A stretch of DNA of 64,000 nt from an uncultured Acidobacteriota bacterium (GTDB taxonomy: Bacteria > Acidobacteriota > Thermoanaerobaculia > Multivoradales > UBA5704). The DNA is taken from the NCBI GenBank assembly GCA_963770895.1, contig CAVYRF010000002.1, positions 4,992,001 through 5,056,000 of the forward strand, in the 5' to 3' direction. Positions 54,927 through 64,000 of this stretch are shown here, piece after piece. The position numbers and the translations under genes are program-made. The notes under the pieces are model-generated. The model searched no databases, was not told where the DNA came from, and was given only the letters and a program-made list of their open reading frames with translations. The number at the start of each line of letters is the position of its first letter. Within the stretch, counting starts at the first letter, position 1.

Positions 54927-57677
54927 ATGAGAACGAACCGGTTCCCGCCGCCTTTGCCGCTGCTGCTGATCCTCTGCTGCGCCCTGTGCGCCTCGCTGCC
55001 GGCGGTGCCGGCCGCCGCCGCTCCTGGCGCCGCCCCCGCCGCCGCCGCCGCGGCCATGCCGGCGGCGCAGCCGGCATCGGCGGGGCCGACCCTGCCGACC
55101 ATCGCGGCGCACACCGCCGGCAGCGAGAAGCGCTCCGGCCTGCTCGACCTCTACCTGGACCGCGCCCACGGCAAGGTGTGGCTGGTGGTGCCCAGGGCGA
55201 CCGGCGCGGGTGGCGCGGTCGCCAGCTACCTCTATGCCGAAGCGCTGGCGACCGGCCTGGGCTCGGCGGAAGTCGGCCTGGACCGCGGCCAGTTCGCCGA
55301 CGCCGTCCACGTCGTGACGCTGCGCCGCGTCGGCGGCAAGGTCCTGTTCGAGGTGGCCAACATGCGCTTCCGGTCCCTGTCGGAGCAGGCCGCCGAGCGT
55401 CAGGCGGTGCGCGAGTCGTTCCCGCAGTCGGTGCTGTGGGGTGGCGACATCGTCGCCCAGGACGCCGACGGTACCGGGCTGGTGGACTTCACCTCCTTCG
55501 TGGTGCGCGACTCGCACGGCATCGTGCCGCACCTCAAGGCCAGCGGCCAGGGGGTCTGGAGCCTGGATGCCGGGCGCAGCGCCGCCGACCTGGACGCCTG
55601 CCAGGTGTTCCCCGAAAACGTCGAGCTGGAAGGGTTGGTCACCTACGCCTCGCCCGAGCCGGGAGCGCTGCTGCGCGTCAACACCCCGGTGGCCGGCGCC
55701 CTGACGTTCCAGCAGCATCAGTCGTTGCTGCGCCTGCCGGACGACGGCTACCAGCCGCGCCGCTACGACCCGCGCTCGGGTTCGTTCGGCGTCGAGTTCC
55801 GCGACTACACGGCGCCGCTCGCCAGTGCCATGGAGGGGGGATTCCTGGTGCGCCACCGGCTCGAAAAGGTGGATCCCACCGCGGCGCGCTCGCGGGTCAA
55901 GAAGCCGATCGTCTACTACGTCGATTCCGCGGCGCCGGAGCCGATCCGCAGCGCCCTGGTGGAAGGCGCCAGCTGGTGGAAGGAGGCGTTCGACAAGGCC
56001 GGCTTCATCGATGCCTTCCGCGTCGAGGTGCTGCCGCCGGGGGTGAACATCCTCGATGCGCGCTATAACGTGGTGGAGTGGGTGCATCGCGCCACCCGCA
56101 GCTGGTCCTATGGCGGCGGCATCATCGATCCGCGCACCGGTCAGCTGATCAGCGGCCGGGTGACGCTCGGGTCGCTGCGCATCCGCCAGGATCGGCTGAT
56201 CTTCGAGGGCCTGCTGGGCACCGACCACACCGGCAGCGGCGCCGCCGACGACCCGGTGCAGCTGTCGCTGGCGCGCATCCGCCAGCTGGCGGCGCACGAG
56301 GTCGGTCACAGCCTGGGCCTGATGCACAACTTCGCCGCCAGCACCTACGGGCGCGCCTCGGTGATGGACTATCCGGCGCCGCAGGTCGACATCACGCCGG
56401 GCGGCGACCTGGACGTGTCGCACGCCTATGCCACCGGCATCGGCGCCTGGGACGTGCAGGCGATCCGCTACGCCTACAGCGAATTTCCGCCGGGTGCGGA
56501 GCACGCCGCGGCGGAGCGGGCCGGGCTGGACGCGATCCTGCGCGAAAACATCGACCGCGGCTACATCTACCTGACCGACGAAGACGCCCGGCCGCCGGGG
56601 GCCGCCGCGCCTCTCGCCAACCTGTGGGACAACGGTCCCGAGCCGGTGGCCGGTCTGGAGCACGAGCTGGCGGTGCGGCGCATCGCGCTGGGCCGCTTCG
56701 GCGAGCACAACATCGCCGTCGGGCAGCCGCTGACGACGCTCGAAGAGGTGCTGGCGCCGCTCTATTTCCACCATCGCTACCAGCTCGACGGTGCGCTCAA
56801 GGTGGTGGGCGGCCTGGACTACGCCTATTCGATGCGCGGTCTTGGGCCGCAGGAGGCAAAGCCCGTCGACGGCGCCTGGCAGCGGCGGGCCCTGGCGGCG
56901 ATCACCGGCCTCCTGGCGCCCGACGCGCTGGACATCCCCGAGCGGGCGCTGCGGCTGATCCTGCCGCGCGCGCCCGGCTATCCGCCCAACCTCGAGCTCT
57001 TCGGCGGCGGCGCGGCGCCGGCCTTCGATCCGCTCGCCGCCGCGGCCACCGCCGCGGACATGGCGGTGTCGGGTCTGCTGCAACCGCAGCGGGCGGCGCG
57101 GGTGGTGGACTTCCATCGCCGCGACCCGTCGCTGCCGTCGTTCGAAGAGGTCCTGGACGCCCTGACCGGTCAGGCGTTCGGCCCGAGCGGCGGCGCGGCC
57201 GCGGGCGCCGGCGGTGGAGCGGGTGGGGCCGGCGGCGGCGGTGCGGCGGGCGGCCACCGTCCGGGCGAACGGCAGGCCGAGCTGCGGCGCATCGCGCAGT
57301 GGGTGGTGGTCGAGCGCATGATCGACCTGGCCGCCGACCCCGCGGCGGCAGCCGGTGTACGGGCGCGGGTGGAAGGGCGGCTGGCGCAGCTGGGGCGGGC
57401 GCTCGGCCGGCGCGGCGCCGCGGGCGCGGCAGCGGGCAGGCCCGACGCCGAGCGGTCGCAACGCGAGATGCTGGCCGCCGAGATCGGCCGCTTCCTGGAC
57501 CGCCGCATGGACGGCGCCGTACACCCCGCCGCGCCGCCGTCCCCGCCGCCGCCCGGCCAGCCGATCGGCGGCGCCGCCGCCGCGGCCGGGGCCGACGCCG
57601 CCCTGGTGGGCCGCGTTCTGGGCGGTGGAGCAGGTGCGCCGCCGGGCCTGAGCGGCTGCTCTTGGGGTGAGCAGTGA
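54927..57677 (+). CDS. Secreted zinc-dependent metalloprotease (DUF5117/DUF4953 type)
   Basis: Signal peptide; KKPIVYY, HEVGHSLGLMHN, SVMDYP. Confidence 0.9.
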   Translation: MRTNRFPPPLPLLLILCCALCASLPAVPAAAAPGAAPAAAAAAMPAAQPASAGPTLPTIAAHTAGSEKRSGLLDLYLDRAHGKVWLVVPRATGAGGAVASYLYAEALATGLGSAEVGLDRGQFADAVHVVTLRRVGGKVLFEVANMRFRSLSEQAAERQAVRESFPQSVLWGGDIVAQDADGTGLVDFTSFVVRDSHGIVPHLKASGQGVWSLDAGRSAADLDACQVFPENVELEGLVTYASPEPGALLRVNTPVAGALTFQQHQSLLRLPDDGYQPRRYDPRSGSFGVEFRDYTAPLASAMEGGFLVRHRLEKVDPTAARSRVKKPIVYYVDSAAPEPIRSALVEGASWWKEAFDKAGFIDAFRVEVLPPGVNILDARYNVVEWVHRATRSWSYGGGIIDPRTGQLISGRVTLGSLRIRQDRLIFEGLLGTDHTGSGAADDPVQLSLARIRQLAAHEVGHSLGLMHNFAASTYGRASVMDYPAPQVDITPGGDLDVSHAYATGIGAWDVQAIRYAYSEFPPGAEHAAAERAGLDAILRENIDRGYIYLTDEDARPPGAAAPLANLWDNGPEPVAGLEHELAVRRIALGRFGEHNIAVGQPLTTLEEVLAPLYFHHRYQLDGALKVVGGLDYAYSMRGLGPQEAKPVDGAWQRRALAAITGLLAPDALDIPERALRLILPRAPGYPPNLELFGGGAAPAFDPLAAAATAADMAVSGLLQPQRAARVVDFHRRDPSLPSFEEVLDALTGQAFGPSGGAAAGAGGGAGGAGGGGAAGGHRPGERQAELRRIAQWVVVERMIDLAADPAAAAGVRARVEGRLAQLGRALGRRGAAGAAAGRPDAERSQREMLAAEIGRFLDRRMDGAVHPAAPPSPPPPGQPIGGAAAAAGADAALVGRVLGGGAGAPPGLSGCSWGEQ

Positions 57678-58600
57678 GCAGCGGCCCGGCTGCCGCCGGC
57701 ACGGCCAGGTGGCGGCCCGTGGTGACCGGATCGTTGGTGGCCGTGGCTGCCGCGCTGTCGGCGGCGATTTTGGTGGGACAGTGGCCGGCGCCGGTTGCCG
57801 CCGCGGCTCCCGCGGCTGCGGCTCCCGCGACACCGGCGCCGTCCGCGCCGTCCAGAACGTCCGGGAGGGGGGCCGCAGCAGGTCAGGCGGGGGCGCGGCC
57901 GGCCGAGCGGCTGGTCGTCAAGGTGCTGTCGACGCGGCCGCACGATCCGGCCGCGTACACCCAGGGGCTGGTGTGGGACCACGGCAGGCTCTATGAGAGC
58001 ACCGGCCTCTACGGTCAGTCGACCTTGCGCGAGGTCGATCCGGCGACCGGCGAAGTGAAGCGCCGGCTCGCGGTGCCCGCGGGCTTTTTTGCCGAGGGGC
58101 TGGCCCAGGTGGGGCAGCGCCTCATCCAGCTCACCTGGAAGGAGCACGTTGCCTTTCTGTACGACGTCAAGGCGTTCGAGCGCGTCGGCGAGGTCAAGTA
58201 CGACGGCGAAGGCTGGGGGCTGTGCTACGACGGCCGCCGCCTGGTGATGAGCGACGGTTCCGATCGGCTCAGCTTCCGCGACCCCAAGACCTTTGCCCTG
58301 CAGGGCGGCGTCGACGTGCGCCTGGACGGCCGCCCGCGGCGCATGCTCAACGAGCTGGAGTGCGTCGACGGCGCCGTCTGGTCGAACGTGTGGATGACCG
58401 ACCAGATCTTGCGCATCAACCCCGCAAACGGCCAGGTGACGGCGGTGGTCGACGCCGCCGGCCTGCTGGAGGCCGCCGACATGGAGCATGCCGACGTGCT
58501 CAACGGCATCGCCTGGGACCCGGTGAAAAAGACCTTCCTGATCACCGGCAAGCTGTGGCCCAAGATGTTCGAGGTGGTCTTCGTGCCGGCCCCGCGGTGA
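57674..58600 (+). CDS. Glutaminyl-peptide cyclotransferase (beta-propeller type)
   Basis: HDPAAYTQGL, ESTGLYG, FAEGL, EGWGL, LNELE, LNGIA, TGKLWP. Confidence 0.92.
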   Translation: MSSGPAAAGTARWRPVVTGSLVAVAAALSAAILVGQWPAPVAAAAPAAAAPATPAPSAPSRTSGRGAAAGQAGARPAERLVVKVLSTRPHDPAAYTQGLVWDHGRLYESTGLYGQSTLREVDPATGEVKRRLAVPAGFFAEGLAQVGQRLIQLTWKEHVAFLYDVKAFERVGEVKYDGEGWGLCYDGRRLVMSDGSDRLSFRDPKTFALQGGVDVRLDGRPRRMLNELECVDGAVWSNVWMTDQILRINPANGQVTAVVDAAGLLEAADMEHADVLNGIAWDPVKKTFLITGKLWPKMFEVVFVPAPR

Positions 58601-58681
58601 CGACCGTCGGCCGCCGTCGGCCGGCCTGCCGCCGCCGGTCGCTGCCGTCTGGCGCCATCCGGCGCCCCGCGGCGCTTCACT

Positions 58682-58972
58682 TCAACTGACGGGAGCCGGC
58701 TCGATCTTGAGCATGCGCCCCCAGGCGAGGCGCAGGTTTTCGGGCAGATCCAGGTCGGGGAAGATCTCTTTGACTTCGTCGCGGCTGACGTAGGTCCAGA
58801 TGTCATCCCATTGCGCGTAGCGCAGCAGGTGCGACACGACCCAGGCGCGCTGGCTGGAGGTCCCCTGCCGCAGGAACTGGCGCACTTCGTCGGCGGTCAC
58901 CTTCTGGTCAGGGAAGAAATAGAGGTGCTCGGAGCGAGTGGCACCCTCCCGATTCTTGCCTGATCCGTTCAT
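58682..58972 (-). CDS. Hypothetical protein (96 aa)
   Basis: Coding-like ORF: RAWVVSHLLRYAQWDDIWTYV. Confidence 0.7.
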   Translation of the reverse strand: MNGSGKNREGATRSEHLYFFPDQKVTADEVRQFLRQGTSSQRAWVVSHLLRYAQWDDIWTYVSRDEVKEIFPDLDLPENLRLAWGRMLKIEPAPVS

Positions 58973-59097
58973 GTTGTCAGTATAGCGGTCTACCCTGCCT
59001 TGGCAAGAGCTGCAGCGGGTATGCCGTTGTGGCAGGCCGCCGGCCCTTGACCGGACTTGCCCTCTCCGCTACATTGCGTGACGACTTGAGGCCTCGG

Positions 59098-59173
59098 GCG
59101 GGCATAACTCAGCTGGTAGAGTGCAAGCTTCCCAAGCTTGATGTCGCGGGTTCGAGTCCCGTTGCCCGCTCCA
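59098..59173 (+). tRNA. tRNA-Gly (CCC)
   Basis: GCGGGCA/TGCCCGC acceptor stem, CAAGC-TTCCCAA-GCTTG anticodon arm, TTCGAGT T-loop, encoded CCA, 76 nt. Confidence 0.96.
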
Positions 59174-59304
59174 TTCACAAGGATCGATGGGTGGCGGCGG
59201 CCGGCAGGCTGGCCGCCTTTCATGCTTCAGGAGCTTGATCACGGCCGGGGTACGCCGGCGCGGCCCGGCACCGGGTTGGCTGGCGGCCGGAAATGGATGG
59301 AGAT

Positions 59305-59799
59305 ATGGCTCTTTTTCGACGTGATCCTCCTGCCGCCGGTGGCGCCGCGCCGGCGCCGGCTTCCGGCCCCGCCGCAGGCGACCCGGCTGCCGGCGGCAGC
59401 GGCCGGCGCGTCGCCACGCTGATCGCGTCCGGTACCAAGATCAAAGGCGAGGTGGGCGGCGCGACCGACGTGCAGATCGACGGCGAGATCGAAGGGCGGG
59501 TGGCGGTCGAGGCGGTGGTCGTGGTCGGCGCCGGCGGCGCCGTGCGGGGGCCGATCGCGGCGCACGTGGTGCGGGTCGTGGGGCAGGTGATCGGCGAAGT
59601 GATCGCCAGCGAACGGGTGGAGGTGAGCCCCTCCGGCAGCCTCGAAGGCGACATCGCGGCGCCGCGGGTGGTGATCGCCGAAGGCGCCTTCTTCAAAGGC
59701 AAGATCGATATGAAGGGCGACAAAAACCGTGAGCCCCGCAGGCCGCCCAAGGGCGGCGCCGAGGCTCCAAAGGCGGCGGCCGACGCCGGGAGCAAATAG
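59305..59799 (+). CDS. Bactofilin (polymer-forming cytoskeletal protein)
   Basis: [13 protein letters not shown]...IDGEIEG...IAEGAFFKG. Confidence 0.9.
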   Translation: MALFRRDPPAAGGAAPAPASGPAAGDPAAGGSGRRVATLIASGTKIKGEVGGATDVQIDGEIEGRVAVEAVVVVGAGGAVRGPIAAHVVRVVGQVIGEVIASERVEVSPSGSLEGDIAAPRVVIAEGAFFKGKIDMKGDKNREPRRPPKGGAEAPKAAADAGSK

Positions 59800-59800
59800 C

Positions 59801-60910
59801 GTGCTAATCGGAATCCCGAAAGAGGTGAAGGACAGCGAATACCGGGTCGGCATGATCCCGGCCGCGGTGCATGCGTTGGTGGCCGCGGGCCACGACGTGG
59901 TCGTGCAGGAGGGGGCGGGGACGGGCAGCGGCATTCCCGACGCCACCTATACCGAAGCCGGCGCGCGCCTGGTGCCGACCGCCGAAGCCGCCTTCGACGT
60001 CGAGATGGTGGTCAAGGTCAAGGAGCCGGTGGAGATCGAATACGACCGGCTGCGCGAAGGCCAGACGCTGTTCACCTACCTGCACCTGGCGCCGCTGCCC
60101 GGCCTCACCGACGTGCTGCTCGCCAAGCGCATCACCGGCGTCGCCTATGAGACCATCACCGACGACCGCGGCAGGCTGCCGCTGTTGACGCCCATGTCCG
60201 AGGTGGCCGGGCGCATGTCGGCGGTGGTCGGGGCGAGCTATCTGCAAAAGGGCCACGGTGGGCGGGGCACGCTGCTCGCGGGCGTGCCCGGCGTGCCGCC
60301 CGGCGACGTGGTGATCATCGGCGGCGGCATCGTCGGCCTGAACGCCGCCAAGATGGCGCTGGGACTGGGAGCGCGCGTCACCATCCTGGAAGCCAATCTG
60401 GACCGCATGCGGTTCCTGGACGATATCTTCCACGGCACCCTCACCACCCTGGCCAGCAACCACCACAACATGCGAGCCGCGCTGCGCCGCGCCGACCTGC
60501 TCATCGGCGCCGTGCTGATTCCTGGGCGCGCCGCGCCCAAGCTGGTGACGCGCGCCATGCTGAGCGACATGAAGGAAGGCGCGGTGGTGGTCGACGTGGC
60601 GGTGGACCAGGGGGGCTGCTTCGAAACCACCCACCCGACCACCCATTCCGACCCGGTCTACGTCGTCGACGGGGTGGTGCACTACTGCGTCGCCAACATG
60701 CCCGGCGCGGTGCCGCGCACCTCCACCTTCGCGCTCAACAACGCCACCATGCCCTACGCCTTGCAGCTGGCCAACCAGGGCCTCAAGCAGGCGGTGCGCG
60801 CGGACCCGGGGCTGCTGGCCGGGGTCAACACCTACGCCGGTCACATCACCTGCGAGCCCGTCGCCGAATCGCTCGGCCGCCCGTACCGTCCGCTGGCCGA
60901 TCTGCTGTAA
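59801..60910 (+). CDS. ald: Alanine dehydrogenase
   Basis: [41 protein letters not shown]. Confidence 0.95.
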   Translation: MLIGIPKEVKDSEYRVGMIPAAVHALVAAGHDVVVQEGAGTGSGIPDATYTEAGARLVPTAEAAFDVEMVVKVKEPVEIEYDRLREGQTLFTYLHLAPLPGLTDVLLAKRITGVAYETITDDRGRLPLLTPMSEVAGRMSAVVGASYLQKGHGGRGTLLAGVPGVPPGDVVIIGGGIVGLNAAKMALGLGARVTILEANLDRMRFLDDIFHGTLTTLASNHHNMRAALRRADLLIGAVLIPGRAAPKLVTRAMLSDMKEGAVVVDVAVDQGGCFETTHPTTHSDPVYVVDGVVHYCVANMPGAVPRTSTFALNNATMPYALQLANQGLKQAVRADPGLLAGVNTYAGHITCEPVAESLGRPYRPLADLL

Positions 60911-61023
60911 GGCCGGCGGCGGCGGGGGCCGCGGCGGCAGTCTGGCTGGCGCGGAGCCGGCGGCGCAGCGGTCCGCGTCGCCAGGCCGCCGGCATTGGCT
61001 GGCTGGCGGCCCAGCCTGCGTGA

Positions 61024-62370
61024 TCAACTACCCCGTCGGGTCTTCGGTAAGGATGGCGTCAGGGGGGCGGGGGCTGTTGCCGGCGCCGAGGCAGCCTGGT
61101 CTGGCGCCGGGGCCGGCGGCAGGAGCGGCAGCAGGGCGGTGCCGGCGGCGCTTTGCCATAGATCGAGCAGGTCGGCGGGCACCGGCGCCTCCAGCGCCAG
61201 CGGTGCGCCGCCGGTCGCCGCGGCGGGAAGCATGAGCCGCCAGGCGTGCAGCGCCGGCCGCGGGAAGTCGCGCAGCGGCGCCTGGGCCGGCCGCGGCAGC
61301 GCGCGGTGGCGGGCCTCGCCGTAGACCGGGTCGCCCACCAGCGGGTGGCCGATGCTCTTCAGATGCACGCGGATCTGGTGGGTGCGGCCGGTCGCCAGGT
61401 CCAGCTCCAGCAGGGCAATCCCGTTGCAGGCCGCAAGGGTGCGATAGAGGGTGCGCGAGGGGCGGCCGTCGCGGCGCACCGTCATTTCGGTGCGCCGGTC
61501 GCGATGGCGGCCGATCGGCGCGTCCACCACTCCGTGTGCCGGCGGCGATCCCCAGACGATGGCCAGGTAGCGCTTGGCGACCTGGCGGCCGGCAAAGGCG
61601 CCGCTCAGGCGCTGGTAGGCGGCGGCGGTACGCGCCACCACCATGACGCCGCTCGTGCCGCGATCCAGCCGGTGCACGATGCCCGGCCGGCCGGGCCCGC
61701 CGACCGTCGCGATCTCCGGGTAGCGCGCCAGGAGCAGGTGGGCGAGCGTTCCCGTCGAGCGGCCGGCCCCCGGATGCACGGTGATCCCGGCGGGCTTGTC
61801 GAGCACCACCAGCTGGGGATCTTCGTGGATCACCGCCAGCTCGCCCGCTTCCGCCACCATCGTCGTGGGTGGCGGCGCCGGCGGTTCGCACTCGATCCGG
61901 TCGCCGGACGCGACCGCCGCAGACGCCTTGGTCGCGACGCGGCCGTTGACCCGCACGTGCCCGGCGTGAATCCACTGCTGCACCTGGTTGCGTGGCACCT
62001 GAAAGACCGCGGCCACGTGCCGGTCCAGACGGTCGCCAGGCGGCGAGACAGCGGCGGGAGCCGCGGCGAAGGCTGGTGCCAGGCCTGGGCCTGGATTTGG
62101 GTTTGGGCTTGAGCCTGGGTCTGAGTTTTGGCCTGGGGCCGGACTTGGGGCTGGGCGTGAATCGGTAGCTGCGGCTGCGGCGGCGCGGGCGGGAGCTGCG
62201 CTGGGCCGCGGCGGAGGGGCGGTGGCGAAGGCTGCGCCCGGCGCCGGGGCTGCTGCGACGGGGGCCGGGCCGGAAGGGTCGGGAGAGCCGACGGTCCAGG
62301 CGCGCGGGCGGCCCGGTTGCTCGCTCAAGCGCCTTGCGGCTCGGAGGCGCGCGCCGTGCGGCGCGCCCAC
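61024..62370 (-). CDS. rluD: RluD/RluA family pseudouridine synthase (long Pro/Ala N-terminus; start uncertain)
   Basis: RLDRHVA S4 domain, DKPAGITVHPG, RPGIVHRLDRGTSG, TGRTHQIR; downstream of lspA. Confidence 0.85.
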   Translation of the reverse strand: MGAPHGARLRAARRLSEQPGRPRAWTVGSPDPSGPAPVAAAPAPGAAFATAPPPRPSAAPARAAAAAATDSRPAPSPAPGQNSDPGSSPNPNPGPGLAPAFAAAPAAVSPPGDRLDRHVAAVFQVPRNQVQQWIHAGHVRVNGRVATKASAAVASGDRIECEPPAPPPTTMVAEAGELAVIHEDPQLVVLDKPAGITVHPGAGRSTGTLAHLLLARYPEIATVGGPGRPGIVHRLDRGTSGVMVVARTAAAYQRLSGAFAGRQVAKRYLAIVWGSPPAHGVVDAPIGRHRDRRTEMTVRRDGRPSRTLYRTLAACNGIALLELDLATGRTHQIRVHLKSIGHPLVGDPVYGEARHRALPRPAQAPLRDFPRPALHAWRLMLPAAATGGAPLALEAPVPADLLDLWQSAAGTALLPLLPPAPAPDQAASAPATAPAPLTPSLPKTRRGS

Positions 62371-62885
62371 AGGCTGTCGATCGCCATCAGCACGATGCCG
62401 ATCGAGATCGCCGCGTCGGCAACGTTGAACGAAGGCCAGTGGTGCATGCCGACGTAGACGTCGATGAAATCGGTGACGGCGCCGCTGGCCACGCGGTCGA
62501 TCAGGTTGCCCACCGCGCCGCCGACGACCAGGGCCAGCGCCACCAGCAGGCCGCGCTCATGCGGCGAGGCGAAGCCGAAATAGAGCGATACGGCGCTCAA
62601 TGCCAGGAGGCCCAGGCCGGTCAGCAGCCAGCTGGTGCTCATGCCGTGCGCGGCAAACAGGCCGAAGGCGACGCCGGTGTTGCGGACGTGGGTCAGGTTG
62701 AGCAGGCCGGGCACGATCGGCTGTGCGACATGATTGGCCAGGTGCACTTCGACCAGCCACTTGGTCCACTGGTCGAGCACCACCACGGCCAGCGACACCA
62801 GGAGGTAGTGCAGCTTCCCGCGGTCGGGCAGGCGGCTGGGAAGGCTGACCGCCGTTGGGTCGGTGTGCTGAATCTCGTCGATCAA
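62325..62885 (-). CDS. lspA: Lipoprotein signal peptidase II
   Basis: LDQWTK, NTGVAFG, GAVGNLIDR, VTDFI, FNVADAAI. Confidence 0.93.
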   Translation of the reverse strand: MIDEIQHTDPTAVSLPSRLPDRGKLHYLLVSLAVVVLDQWTKWLVEVHLANHVAQPIVPGLLNLTHVRNTGVAFGLFAAHGMSTSWLLTGLGLLALSAVSLYFGFASPHERGLLVALALVVGGAVGNLIDRVASGAVTDFIDVYVGMHHWPSFNVADAAISIGIVLMAIDSLWARRTARASEPQGA

Positions 62886-62922
62886 TGCCGTTTGCTCCCT
62901 TGGCAATGGGGTGGGGGACGGC

Positions 62923-63594
62923 TCACGGGAAATGCTTGTGCGCTGCCGCGACCACCCTGTCCAGCCCTGCAGGGGACTGGAACAGCCGGATCGCGGCGAT
63001 CCCGGCCGCCCCTGCCGCCGCAACCTCCGCGAACCGCTCTAGTGTAACGCCACCCAATGCATAAACGGGAATGCCGCCGCCGCGAGCGCCCGCGCCGCTC
63101 GGTCCACCGGCGGCGGCGACGGCGCGGGCCAGCCCCTGCGCACCGGTGAGCGCCGCGTCTTCCTTGCCGGGCGTCGGATACACCGGGCCGAAGACCACGT
63201 AGTCGGCGCCGGCCTGCCGGGCGAGATGGATCTCCGCCGGATCGTGCGTCGAAACCCCGATCAGCAAACCCGCTCCGAACCGCGCGCGCAGGCTGCCCGC
63301 CGGCACCCCCGCGGCCGGCAGGTGCACGCCGTCCGCGCCGGCGGCAAGCGCGACGTCGGCGCGGCCGTTCACCAGGAGGCGCGCCCGCCGTTCCGGCGCC
63401 GCGAGCGCTGCGCGTGCTTGCAGCGCGAGCCGGTACAGCGCGCGATCGCTCCAGCTTTTTTCGCGCAGCTGGAGGGCGTCGACCCCGGCGGCCGCCAGCG
63501 CTGCGAACCAGGCGGCGGCACCAGCGGCGCCGGCCGGAAGCGCATCCAGCTGGCTGATCGCCAGCAGGCGGAAAGGCAGGGCAGGGCGGGCCAA
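62923..63594 (-). CDS. Thiamine-phosphate synthase/TenI family protein
   Basis: QLREK, GADGVHL, STH, FGPVYPTPGK, YALGGV. Confidence 0.88.
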   Translation of the reverse strand: MARPALPFRLLAISQLDALPAGAAGAAAWFAALAAAGVDALQLREKSWSDRALYRLALQARAALAAPERRARLLVNGRADVALAAGADGVHLPAAGVPAGSLRARFGAGLLIGVSTHDPAEIHLARQAGADYVVFGPVYPTPGKEDAALTGAQGLARAVAAAGGPSGAGARGGGIPVYALGGVTLERFAEVAAAGAAGIAAIRLFQSPAGLDRVVAAAHKHFP

Positions 63595-63608
63595 GGCCGA
63601 CTACCGGG

Positions 63609-63869
63609 TCAATCCTGGCCGATGTCCACGTTCAGGCGACGGGCGATCGCTCCGCTCAGGTCGTGGGTGCTCCAGACCAGGTGGACCAGACCGAAGCCGC
63701 TGACCGCACCGCGCGTCAGGGGGTGCAGCAGCACCGTGCGCAGCGCGTGCGACGGCAGCAGCAGCACCGTGTGATCCCATCCCGGTTGCCATGGACCGTA
63801 CAGCAGGAAGAACCCCGCCTCGATGCAGTACACGATGAAGAAAAGGCGGAGAAGCGATTGCAAGCGCAT
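63609..63869 (-). CDS. Small hypothetical membrane protein
   Basis: YCIEAGFFLLYGPW...W...RGAVSGFGLV. Confidence 0.7.
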   Translation of the reverse strand: MRLQSLLRLFFIVYCIEAGFFLLYGPWQPGWDHTVLLLPSHALRTVLLHPLTRGAVSGFGLVHLVWSTHDLSGAIARRLNVDIGQD

Positions 63870-63919
63870 GAGGGACCGAATTGTACAGAAAGGGGGGGCG
63901 CTTTCCGTCTTTCTCTATG

Positions 63920-64000
63920 AAGGCAGGTGGAAGACCGGCACTCAAGGCAGGTGGAAGGCCGGCACTCAAGGCAGGTGGAAGGCCGGCACTCAAGGCAGGT
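63920..64000 (+). repeat. 24-bp tandem repeat, at least 3.4 copies, truncated by window end
   Basis: AAGGCAGGTGGAAG(A/G)CCGGCACTC at 63920, 63944, 63968 and partial at 63992. Confidence 0.9.

Noticed and set aside
59098-59300. Integrated element at tRNA-Gly
   Set aside because: No integrase or duplicated tRNA 3' end seen; flanks are housekeeping genes.
1199-62370. Three pseudouridine synthases as one dedicated system
   Set aside because: Unlinked, from different subfamilies and in ordinary contexts such as lspA-rluD.
63920-64000. CRISPR array
   Set aside because: Repeats are directly adjacent with no unique spacers, and no cas genes are visible.

Overview
Very GC-rich bacterial chromosomal window. 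Gene content and a recurrent C-terminal domain suggest Acidobacteriota, possibly Thermoanaerobaculia (inference). It is mostly housekeeping and envelope genes: three pseudouridine synthases, arfB, PPK2, trxC, a desaturase/M28 peptidase ORF, ParA, a Ski2-like helicase, a TonB-dependent receptor, MATE, comM, a PLP decarboxylase, a GH18 chitinase, a glycosyltransferase locus, a GGDEF-EAL protein, a zinc metalloprotease plus glutaminyl cyclase, tRNA-Gly(CCC), bactofilin, ald, lspA and a thiE-like gene. The most striking unexplained signal is three dispersed 48-52 aa genes (2027-2182 minus, 17466-17612 plus, 28187-28345 minus). Each has a strong RBS, a shared K-(L/M)-x-(L/I)-x-x-E-T-L-x-x-L...GG leader and a Cys/Thr/Ser-containing core starting x1-3-VP(P)C. 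No modifying enzyme is visible in the window, so they look like an orphan RiPP precursor family processed in trans. Other notable signals: a ~105-aa Cys-containing C-terminal domain on two separate proteins (candidate sorting or anchoring domain), an in-frame desaturase-signal peptide-M28 peptidase fusion, a decayed ECF42-type sigma/YciI module with two near-identical promoters, an 18-bp perfect palindrome over the TonB-receptor promoter, and a decayed IS1-like island carrying one precursor. Many long ORFs in the track are GC-driven shadow frames. Some frameshifts may be assembly errors. All family assignments come from motif recognition, not database searches.
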